Below, piece after piece: positions 39,901-51,600 of a DNA stretch of 64,000 nt. Location: contig OZ260661.1 of the NCBI GenBank assembly GCA_965285935.1, positions 63,054,001 through 63,118,000 of the forward strand. Reading direction: 5' to 3'. Every line of letters begins with the position of its first letter. Positions within the stretch are counted from its first letter, which is position 1. The notes under the pieces are model-generated. The model was not told the origin of the DNA and ran no database searches. It saw only the letters and a program-made list of their open reading frames with translations. The position numbers and the translations under genes are program-made. The stretch is from Ophelia neglecta (lineage: Eukaryota).

Positions 39901-42811
39901 CCAGGCAACAATGTTATGTGGGAAAAGTATTAAATTTCAATACCATAGGTAAAAACAACACATCATTTATAATCTTACCGGTGAATGATAAGAGGAGTTA
40001 AAAGGACGGGGGAGTTGATATAAAACAGCATTTGCAATTAATATATTTATTTCATTGTCAGATCTGTATAATCAAATTAAAAGCCCAGATTAAAATCATA
40101 ATCAACTTTATTTCAAATAAAAGAACAAAACAAAAATTGATTTTTATAATAACTTAGCCTATGGTTCACATAAGAACTTACATTTTTGGCTTTGAAGACA
40201 GGTTCTTCTGGAGTTGCCAGATCATAAACTTTGAGGTCATTTTCTTTTCCACCAATTGCAAATAAATTTGGCTGCTGAGCATTTTGTCTCATCTTATACA
40301 CATTTTCTCCTACATTAATTTCAACCTGAAATATGTACAGTAGACATATGTTCAAAAAATGATCATTACTTCAATCTTAGATAACTAATTTTCACCAAGT
40401 TAAGAAAAAGACTACCAGTAATCTCATTCACGATATAAAAGATTCTCCTGTGACCAAAATTATGAATCATTTCTTTAATATCTATTTCAAAGTTCCAAAA
40501 GCTATTCACTCTTCAGAGACATCAGGTTTATTAGGTAATTTTGGGGTTTTACGTGGCTTTCAACACTCATCGGTCATATTGCCAGGTAGGTTTATTAGCC
40601 CCAGTCTTCAGAAAGCCTTGAGACTATAGGTGATGGTCATTGGCAATTAACATGTATTTCAAATGGTTGATGCAGTGCACTCACTCTTTGATCTTCATCT
40701 TCTTTCCACAACTTAACCAAACCAGATTCAGTGCAAGTGATGAAATTCCTAGTAAATAGAAAAAGAACTGTAATCTCTAGTTAATAAAAAGAGAATGACA
40801 GAATAAGAAAAAGATGCTTTAGCAAAATATGGTGGTATAAAAATGCCCCAAAGGTACACAAATTATACTATGTATGGGTCATTTCAAAGCTTTTTATTTA
40901 AAAAAAAACATAGAAATAGTATACCAAGGAATATCTAAATTAAAATATTACCCTTCATATTTGTTAAGACCACGTAAAGGGCCTGTTCCGCCAGTAAAGG
41001 AATGTGAAGAAATTAAATTATGGCTGGACACATCAAATATGTTCACTTCGTGGCTTTTTGTACCACAGCATATCTGAAAAATATTGTACGAGTGTTGACT
41101 TTTAACGGTGTTGTAAAAATCAATTTACTAGACATGCCGAGGCCATTGTTTTTTATTGCAATTTCAGACAATTGTAAATATCAATAATAAGCAGGAAAAT
41201 AAACCTTTGGACTGATAATGAATGATATTGTCACAATGAACTATTTGTTTGACAATTTGCATGTAATACAAGAGGATTGGTCTTGTTACTACCTGTGTCT
41301 CTGCTGAATCACCCCAACACATGACATTGATCTCTTTCTCTTTGTTGATCTCTGCCTCATTATTGAAATTAATCCATTTTTTCTTTTCAACACTAAGGCC
41401 TAGAAATGGAAAATAACATGAAATTTGCAAGATTACTAACCAGAATGATAGATACATGCATATATCTGAAACTCACTAATTAAATGTGCCCACATGTTTG
41501 CCTGAGACAGCGAAAATGCAATAAGTAGATTGTCAGGTAATATTCATATGTGTGCGTATTGAATATGGAAAAAAAAGACCCGTATGACATTGATATATGG
41601 TCCTGTACTGTCAAGATTTAGAGGGGGGTTGTTTCCTGCTGGATCAGGCCCCTACACAGTCGGCACCCTAAAGGACTACCTAGACTTACTATATTCAACT
41701 TATTTTAATAAGAAATCCAGTAAACTTGGAGTCTACATATACTTTTTTATATGTAAAAAAATGTCTACATTATTCGCAACATTTTTCAAATTTGTTGCCA
41801 TACAATGGGCGTGTATAACCTATCGTTGAATCAATATAAACAGCATTGTGTTTGCGGCTGGTATTATCACTCAGTGAGGTGCAACAAAAACACATTTGGT
41901 TCTGAAATATATTTCGGTATTATGGATCAAATCCAAGCGGTGTATTTAAAAGGGGCAACCACGGCAAATCAAGGGCAACCACGGCTAAACCACTGGATAT
42001 TAACCAAAAACAGCAAGGTATTAGGGCTGAATGCTTCAGGATTGTAGCTTAAGTTATTTTTGAATAATTTGCTGGCCATTTAGTAGCAAAAAAAGGAGCT
42101 AACTTCTTCGCCCGTTCTCCGGTGTTTACGTTAGATGGCGGCCATGACACCTGCACATCACACGCCATCTGGTGATGATTGCCCCGGATGTGCAGGTGTC
42201 ATGGCCGCGATCATCCGTAAACAACGGAGAACAAGTTAGCTCGTTTTTTTGCTACTAAATGGCCCGATTGCTCAGTAAGTTATTCAAAAATAACTTTAGC
42301 TACAATCCTGAAGCATTTCGCCCTAATACCTTGCTGTTTTGGGTTAATATCCAGTGGTTTAGCCGTGGTTGCCCTTGATTTGCCGTGGTTGCCCGTGGTT
42401 GCCCCTTTTAAATACACCCAATCCAAGGTATAGAAATATAGCAGATATACACAAAAACATTAGCAGGGGCCGAGATGAAGATGTGAAAGGTCTTTAAGGG
42501 GGCCGTGGGTGTAGAGGGCCGAGCACGTAGAGGGCCGAGTTGACCTGTTAACCCCCCCCCCCCCCCCCCCTCCCCTTAATGATAAGCAGAGCTATGAATT
42601 GTTGGCATCACTGTACTTTAACATTACGAAATTCCTATTTTATCGCCCATGATTTTTGTTGGACATGTTCATGGATTAATTACCAATGAAATAACACTGA
42701 ACCCTCCGATAATTTACTCTAGATTTCCCTTAAAACAATCTAAAAATGTGCACCAATACCTTTTAGTAAGCCTGTTTCTGACCCCACAAATATGTTTTGT
42801 TTATCATCCAT
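36983..42811 (-). CDS. WDR74: WD repeat-containing protein 74 (NSA1 homolog, 60S ribosome biogenesis), about 427 aa
   Basis: Exons 42811-42760, 41399-41293, 41073-40952, 40748-40685, 40325-40182, 39772-39671, 39481-39381, 39252-39194, 38974-38832, 38688-38346 and 37029-36983. All GT-AG, phases consistent, 1284 nt. Motifs VGSETGLLKG, GGKENDLKVYD, FKAKNVRDDWLCLRVPVW, VRLYDPSTPQRRPV, SCGLDRFVRIHD and YMKSRLN. AATAAA near 36951. Confidence 0.95.
40524..40598. mobile_element. 53-bp insertion flanked by an 11-bp direct repeat (probable truncated retroposon with target-site duplication)
   Basis: AGGTTTATTAG occurs at 40524-40534 and 40588-40598, flanking gtaattttggggttttacgtggctttcaacactcatcggtcatattgccaggt. 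Confidence 0.5.
41938..42419. mobile_element. 482-bp fold-back/MITE, non-autonomous DNA transposon with 8-bp TSD
   Basis: Near-perfect inverted arms of about 220-230 bp around a loop of about 25-30 nt near 42160-42187. Ends are CGGTGTATTTAAAAGGGGCAACC...GGTTGCCCCTTTTAAATACACCC. AATCCAAG is duplicated at 41930-41937 and 42420-42427. Confidence 0.93.
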
Positions 42812-45592
42812 GCTGTCGACATGTGCGCGGAAGTAGATCTCTAATGACGTGAAATCTGATTGTCGGATTGAACCAAGATCATGGACCGACGTACTCTTGT
42901 CCTTTTTGTCTTTTTCACACAAAAAGATGTACGTTCCATAAGTTTTTAATCGGTTATTGGTGTCCATTCACAGGTCTTGTTTTGTTTTGAAAAGTTGAAC
43001 CAGTTATATAATAATAGCAAAATACGTTACAATAATTCACTAAAACAATTATAAAAGATTTTTAGGTAGAATATATACATCAAAACCATGCATGGGTGTA
43101 GTTGTATGGTGTAGATCAATAACGACGTCCATTGATTTGGATCTCGATGCAGATAATTAACAGGTGCATGCACACATGTATGAACCTAAAACCTATGCAA
43201 CTTAATATAATCTAAACCGAGACCCAGAACATGTGTCTGTACATGTAGCCTCAATATGCACCGACAAGTGCGATATTACTCATTATTGAGTCAATCTCTT
43301 CAAGAGGAAGAAGAAGACTCTTAGCCGTAATTTCAAGCATTTTCATTTTCTCCTGGTCACCGGCCATAAAGGCTACTCAGGTACTCGCTTACATCCAAGA
43401 TGATTTCTTTATCAAAATTGATAAACATTCATTGCAAAATATTAGCAACTTGTCTCAGATTTCATTTGAAGCATTTCAAATTTAAAAAAAAAGCTTTTGG
43501 CACAACCACAAAAATCGTCAATTAAGGGTTTTGCTGCTATAGCAGTTAGTTGTAATAAACAGAACCTCCTACTTCAGAGATACTCTTTACGATGGCAGGG
43601 TTGTTAACTAAATATGTATATTGATCAGGTAATGACAACCCTGTCAGACAGACAGACAGAGACACGCACTAAACCTTTGACCCTGTATCCCATTTGGCCA
43701 CACAGTTTTTGGTATCTGTGATGTGTGCAAATAAATAGATTTATGAAGTAAGTACATGGGCACGCATAAATGATTTATGACAGCAATTTTATTTTTAGTT
43801 GTTCCAGCATTGTCTTCATTTGAATTTGCGAGGTTAGTGGAAAAAAACATCATTTTCCTTGGAAATTCACAGATTTTCCCTGCTTTTCCGAATAATGTAA
43901 ATTTAAATGTTTACCTATTTTTTTTATACAGCAAAAGGCTATTGTAGTCTTTTTTATTTGTAATTCTTATAATTGTTTAACCTACTTTGTGTTTGTACTT
44001 AAGCAGGCTAACAGAAATGTTAAACTACCCCTCTACCCTATGGGGTGCATACGGTTCGAATCGCCTTCAACTTCGGTACTCCCTACAGCTAACGCTCCTC
44101 TGCAGTAGATCTAACTGATTACTGCCTAACAGTCCCGGTTTTCTGTACGTCCGCATGTGGGTGTTTATCTGAACACCAGACGGATATGACGTTTGCGCAA
44201 AATATGTTGAAAGTAAACAAACTTGTAAACTAAGATAAATCTTTTAGAGTTGCACGCACCCCTAGTGCCCTGCAGCCTGTAGTCGCAAATTAGTGAGTAT
44301 TTTATATTAAGTGGTCTACCTCAAATGAATGTGGATTTCGGCCCCAAATATGTTAATTCTCAAGAGCTACCAGCCCTTTACATGTTGACAGGCTCTAAGG
44401 AATAATTGGGTCAGGTCTAGGTCGGGTCACAAGGTCCAATGGTGGTCTGATTATCGACTGAAAAGTCTTGAGTGTCATGTCTTCAAATGCCTTTGATTTG
44501 CGGGATGATGTGCTGATCACCTAATGATGTTATTACTAAATAATCCTCAGGGGTTACTTTAGGACTGTACGGTGTCGACGTTTCTTAAAATTTTGTGATT
44601 GCAGGAGAATACTGACCTGAATATGGGCTTCCGATGCGATTGTTTCTGTTGTTTACTTTCTGAAGTTTGTTGCTGTAACATTAGTATAAGTGCTAATTGT
44701 GTGTTTCAGCCTGTTTTCTAATTGAAGTTTGGTTTCTTAAGGAAACTTTCAGTCGATCATATTTAGCCGAAGAGTTAAGATCTACATGTACTAGTACATG
44801 AGATATTGTATAAGACCCTGTATGAAAGATGTACTGGATAATTACAACCTGCTGAATAGATGGAAAATTTACAATTCAATTTACAGATTTAGGAAAAAAG
44901 GCTTTTGGGATCACTGTGAGCAGGGCAGAATTATCACAGCTGATCACACCGACTCAATTAATAGACTGATGCTGGTCTGAAGTAGTTAATGAACTGAACA
45001 TTAGGGATTGATGGCACACTATTAAAAAGAATATGATTTGCATTATTGTTCAATATCTGGAACCTGTGTCATGTTATTATGGACATAAGCAGTATTGAGA
45101 GTTTCATACTGAAGGTATTTTTATTCCTCGGGGAACATGCCAAGGAGAGAACATCTTACTACACCACAGCCATTCAGCCCCCAAGTCCATACACTGTAAT
45201 TGCAGAGTCGCCTAGGGGACCTCAGTGCCTCCTTTTTTGTTTCATCACTGGTTGGCTATTTGTGATACACTGGGCTAATTGGGTAGTGACAAAAGTTTCC
45301 TCTCTATGGCATCAGCAAAAGGTATATGTATATTAATTAATGTTAATTAAACCAAAAGGGATGTGTATATATTCGTATAGTGTAATTGATTGTGAAGAGT
45401 GAATCTATATGAATGTTGTGAGAGAGTTTTGTTTTTACTGGTTCAAGTAACTACAGCAAAGATAGAATAATATAGAGAAATTTAAGCCAATAATGAATTG
45501 GTAAAATATTAAATTGACACATTTCCTTAAAAAAATATGGTATCCAAAGGTATCCAAAACAATGCTTAAATGTATTTCATATGCATTTACAG
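42812..45592. promoter_or_regulatory. Divergent WDR74/KLHDC3 upstream region (probable bidirectional promoter plus KLHDC3 non-coding first exon and intron)
   Basis: Head-to-head start codons 2.8 kb apart. ETS-type CGGAAGT at 42828-42834 and CRE-like TGACGT at 42845-42850. The first KLHDC3 coding exon is preceded by an acceptor (tttacag| at 45592), so a 5' UTR exon lies in this interval. Confidence 0.55.
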
Positions 45593-45610
45593 TTTTATGA
45601 AGGCGACACT

Positions 45611-48600
45611 ATGCAGAAGTGGACAGTTCATTTGGAAGGTGGCCCCCGAAGAGTAAACCATGCTGCTGTGGCCGTTGGTCACAAAATTTTCAGCTTCGGG
45701 GGTTACTGTACAGGAGAAGACTATGATACTACACGCCCAATGGATGTACATATACTTAATACTGGTATGAATTCAATTCATCTCAAACTAAACTTGCCAG
45801 TTGTGTTCCTATACAGTTCCATTGCCTTATACTATGCTGCCACAGTTGTATTTTAGCCAGCCATTTTGAAGCTTTTACTTTTAGAAATGTCACTAAAGCT
45901 AAAGTACAATAATCAGAATGTTAATGGAGAGAGGTTAGGGAGTACGCATTCCCCAGTCAGTTTGAAAAAAATGCAAATCCCAAGTCGTGGACATGATTAT
46001 ATAGTCTGGTTTTTTGTATCAAAAGGCATTAATTATTGTCCTCATCCCAAATACTACTGTTAAGTTACACTAACTGCATGGTATACTACTTATTGATGTG
46101 AGTACTTTATATTTACATACCACAAGTGTCAATCTTGTTCAATGTGCAATCTCAGATTGAGTGATTAAACCTTGTTTTCAGTGTCATTTAGATGGTCAGT
46201 TTTACCATTACCTAGCAGAGATGATACACAGTACTCATTGACTCCATACCAAAGGTACGGCCACACGGCTGTCGGCCATGAGGACTGCTGCTATATATGG
46301 GGAGGCAGGAATGACAATGAGGGCGCTTGTAATATTCTATACTGTTTCGATACATGTAAGTATACTGCTTATTAAAACAATATGCATATTACCCTATATA
46401 ACTGTAGACATGGACTTTGGTTATTTTCACTGTTTCATTATTTAAGAAGCCACAACATTTATAATTTAGCTGTTCAAAGATGATACTTGTTCCAAATTGG
46501 ACTATGATCATAGATTGAAGACAAAAAAAACTGGAATGGAGGGAACGAAATATTTGCCCTTGTAGTATTGTCTCAGTATTGAATGGGCATATAGCAGACT
46601 TTAAACAAAAACTGGTTCTCAGTAACAACATCAGTAAAATGCCTGGAGGCCATGTCACAGGTGGAATTATGTTTCCCTAAAAGCTCCTTTAAGATCATTA
46701 AAATTGATTATGGGAAGTGGTTTTATGGATAGGCCCTGGTTTAAATACTGTGCCTGCTGTAAGGGGCAAAACTGTGAGGGAAATAATTGCTACAAATGTC
46801 AGGTTACTACAGCTTTACTACAGAAGATTCAACCCACCTTTTCGCAATACATTTTTCACCACAGAAAGACAGAATCATGTAAAATCTAAACCATTCCAAA
46901 TGCACCATCACATCTACATGTATGTTGAGAGAAAGATGATAGTCTTGTTGTGGGATGTTTTCATAGCCTGGATGTAATTTGTACTTTAAAAACTAAACCA
47001 GCACCTGTTTTCTGCATCAAAGTGATAAGATAGATAAAAGTATATGCCTTTGAAGCTGAAACTGCATATATTTGTGTTTCCTGGTGTGTGTATCTCTGGT
47101 CTGCAGTAACACTTGTGTCATTAAATTCACTTTCCCTTTGGCAAGTGTGTTCTTGCCCAGAGGACAACCTGTCATAAGATGGTTGTACTATCGATACCTG
47201 TTATGTATATATTGGTGAGCTGTCCAATGACTGCAGTTGAAATCAGTAGTCCAAAGTCAGTCAACTGTGTAGCTGGGTTGGGCACATTAGTAGTAACTAG
47301 TAAGAGTAGAGCTAACAATCAGTTTTATTGAAAAGAGAAATATAATGTATCCTCTTATAGTCTCTTTGCCTCCATGTTCCCGCAGGTTTATATTTTAGAC
47401 CTTGAAAAACAATTTGTAATTGTTCCCCATGAAATATGAAAAACTCTTTGCCTGAATCAAATATTTATTAATTGGCAGAATCAATGATTGGTAATTAATG
47501 TTATTAACCTGATTCCCAGCACTATTTGAAAGAAAAAATCTTTAAATACAGTCTTCTAAAGGGGAGGTATATGTAAAAGGAACAGTCTCATAAACCAGAG
47601 AATACTAATTCATAGATTTATATATATATACACACAATGAGTATATTTTGAATTAATCGCACTTATGTGTTAAGATCGTAACTTGGATTTGTTCCCATTA
47701 CTAAATTTGGCCATGGCATACTACTCATTGGAAATCTTTTTCGGGCATTTATGTTACAGCAACTCTAAAGTGGTCAACTCCTCGGGTCCAAGAAGACGTT
47801 CCAGGTGCTAGAGATGGCCACTCTGCTTGTAATATACACAACAAAATGTACATATTTGGGGGATATGAAGAAGATGTGAGTATTAAACCTTCAGTCAATC
47901 CTAGGGAAAACATTAAAAAGAGTAGTTTTCGAGGCTTTATATGGTTTAAAGCTTACACCGAAAGTGCAATACTGTGGGATATTGTTTGAAATAACTGAAT
48001 AAACAAAGGACAGGTTTAAGGCTACTTACGGTCGGGGTGAGTGGACCTGCACTAGAATCAGGCTTTTTGAAATTCATAATATCTTCAAAGAGTCAAGGAA
48101 ATAACCTCACTTTTCACAGCTGACGGGAATGTTCGGCAATGTAGTAAAAAACTGAAATGGTTTACCCAACTAGACTATAGGCACTACAGGCCTTGTTGAT
48201 ATGTTTGAAATTCATAGTCTTTTTATCTGAATGAAAATGGTGACATTTCAAAAATTTCTGATCTTCTTATTGTCTTTTGGCCTGAACAACCATCCCAGAT
48301 AAATGGAACATAGCAAGTTTATTACATGTAAGTTGGTCTCACACAATATTAGGATTAAAGTTAATACATGTATATAATATATATCCATACCTGTCAACGT
48401 GCACAGGTATGAGCAATGTGGTACTCATGGCGAGATAAATGTGACCAGGGGTGGTGCCCCCTGTTAATGATAATGATGACATTTAAGTAGTATCAACCTG
48501 GCACATGAGTTCCTCTTTTCACTGTCCTTTGGAGTACTGCAGGTCAGCCTAGGAAGTGTGACTTCCCATACATAGAATCCAAGGCCTTTGTAATGCTATC

Positions 48601-51600
48601 TGCTTTTTGGTTACAAATAAAATAATGCTTGCACTGCTTCAGAGTTAATATTAGGGTTGAAATTCGGTCAAGGCGAACCGCAAAACACATGATATTGTAA
48701 TTTAAAAAGCATTTTTTTATATGAAGAATACTAGTTTAAAGTCCAGATATGGGGATAAACACTTGTTTTGTATATAGCTCTGATTAGCCGAGCTGTCAAA
48801 ATAGTAGGAAAAAGTCAGTTACCAATTTATAAGTGAAGGGTCGAATAACAGATGATGAAAAATTAAGGGTCAAATAGCAGATGATGAAAAATGAAGGGTT
48901 AAATAACAGATGATGAAAAATGAAGGATCGAATGACAGATGATTTATGCAACTTTTAGATGTTATAGTGTCACGACTTGGAAGACATGCCTGTGACCCAT
49001 ATCCCAATAAATCTAGTCTGTGTGCCTGTGTGCAGAGATACAATAACATTGTGTGCACTTTAGTTTGACATGAATTATAGTTTAGGGGCCTAAAAAAATT
49101 CAATCCAGACTGTATGGAAAATTGAAAGAGTCTTAGTTGGCCTGTCAGTTTTGTCAAAATTCAAGGAGTAGGGCAGGTGGGGGAAAATATGACTTGATTA
49201 AGCTGGGTGGGGTGTCTAAAAGTAAAGAAAGGCAGGAGGGGACGGTGGGATATAAAAATACCTTGTGCCCTGCATCTGTACTTCAATATTAAACTTCTTT
49301 TGTAAACTTGAAATCTAGAATTAAAAGATATTGCACAACTTCTGTGAGGGCATTTTTTGCTTTGACATTCTTTGGTTTAGTGCAGTGTCTTATATTGTGT
49401 ATTATAATATTTGTAAATCCTAAAAATATTGACGGTTCTTGCTACCTTTGGCTGTTTGGCAAGACAGGCCGTACCACCAACAAATAAAGTAAACCATTCA
49501 CCAAAGATACCTTGAGTAGAAGCCCATCATTGTCTGAACACTAACTTGCTCCAACAAAAAAGGGTGAGACTTAGCCTGTAAACTAATAGCCATGCTTCTC
49601 AGGGAGCTAATCAGATAGTTAATATCTAAAGTAGCCTTGAACTTAAAGTATAAAATTTCCTTTTCAGGTTGACAAGTTTTCTAATGAAGTTCATGCACTT
49701 GACTTTACAACCTTCACGTGGTCTTTACTCAGGGTTAGGGTAGGTGGATCTTTTACAATAGCATCCTTAGCAATATTAAATACTGTATAATGTGTCTTAG
49801 TTCTGTGATTCACATCCCTATTCATTGATGGCTACCTTATTGGTGGGTCTGAATATAAAGTATGAAAATGTTGTATTTTTTCATGTCTAGCCAAATCCTG
49901 TTTCCAGCTTCCTACCAGGCATAAATATGAGCTCATTACCATGGAGATAAAATTTGGGACAAGCCTACTGCTCCCAGCATCTGTTAACTGTCTTTTTTTC
50001 TGAGGTGGGCTGGCAGCCAGTAGTGACATTGACACAGGCCAGGATGCCCTGTCAAAACTGCTTAGCCATTTTGCCGAGTCTCTTGCATACTGGGCCATGT
50101 AGCCACACAGTTAATGCCAGGGATTGTATCAATTGCAGTAGACAGACATATATAGTACCAGAGTGTTCTAGCATGAAGAAGGAAATAAAAGAATTAGCCA
50201 GCATGACATTTGAAAAAATGCAGTCAGTTGAAAAGTGATCAATGAGATTGCACATTTCATAGCTGTAGTGGAAAGTGGCTGTTTTTTCCTCGTTAACTCA
50301 TTCACTGTTAAATTAGCTTAGGTTTCTGTGTCTGTTTTTGACTGGATATCATGTCCTTGGTGGTTAATGAGATAAATTGTTTATTTGAATCTATTGAAAT
50401 GTACCAACTGGTAAGCTGGTCACTGTTAAGATCTGAATGTTATGAGGAGAGAAGCGTCACAGTAGGTGAATATTTGGTATCACTCAGTTTTGTTCCCAAT
50501 GTAGAGAGCCAGTCCTTCAAGCCATATGTATGAGTATGTGAATCATAGAATTGTATAACAATGTCTTACATGTTAGCTCACTGTACATCATGTCTTGATG
50601 GTATTCTGGACATCATTAGTCAAGCAAAGTTGGCTGGAAAATTCAGTTATCATTAAAACTGTAATCTGTTAGTATATTTAGGTGCTGGATTGTTATACTT
50701 ACTAAATAATCAAACTCGTCTGTCTTATATAATTTAGATTTTGGTTGAAGATGTGCCACATAATAGTAATCAAACAACTCTGCACTAAGTTACTTTGATT
50801 GTAATTTCTCATTATTCCTCTTATTATTCATTAATTCATGGACTCCACTGATTATTGGTACACCTACATGGTACCCTAGTTTGGAGACTATAAATAACTT
50901 ATACTAGTCATCAAAATAATAATAGTTTTGGTGTTGTCTCTAATAACTCATATTGCTGGCATGTAAATTAATTTTAGTTGTCTGAAATATTGGAAGAATT
51001 ACATGTCCAGCACTCCTCTTCAAAAAAGTTGACAATTCAAGCCTGATGTTAATTGAATATAAATTTCTTTAGGAAAGTAAAACATTCAGGGCAACTTATT
51101 CTTATCAAATTACTTTCTTTAGGGAAAGCCAGCTCGGTGGAGAGATTTCCACTCGGCAGTGGGTATTGGCCCAAACATGTACATATTTGGCGGCCGTAGT
51201 GATAGAGCTGGACCTTATCACACTAGTAACGAATTGTACTGCAATGAAATTCAGGTGTTCAACACAGTCAGGAACAGGTGGGATGAACCTAAAACCTGTG
51301 GTAATAAACCAGGGGGTAGGAGGAGCCACTCTGCATGTAAGTGGTTTAGTGATCACCAGATGACACTAGTGTTTCATTTCAAGAACCAGGCCTGCACATG
51401 TTTGGTACCCGTAATGAACAGAATAAGCAGAAACTGACAACCAAAAGCACTAGTAGTGTAATGAATACAATAACTTGTGAATTCAATTTACAGAAGTAGT
51501 ACTCAAAATTTTATAAATAAGTTTGAAACTTAAACTGACGTGCAAAATATCATAACAGGTAATGTTGTATCATTGTAGCTGTCAATTCGCTAACTCAACA

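Noticed and set aside
37030-42759. Intronic snoRNAs or a U2 snRNA near WDR74
   Set aside because: I found no convincing C/D box pair or U2 sequence by eye. An Infernal/Rfam scan is needed.
44030-44130. GGTTCGAATC B-box-like motif suggesting a tRNA
   Set aside because: No A-box or cloverleaf could be built. At most a SINE relic.
48834-48943. ATGATGA motifs as snoRNA C boxes
   Set aside because: They are part of a tandem repeat with no D box or terminal stem.
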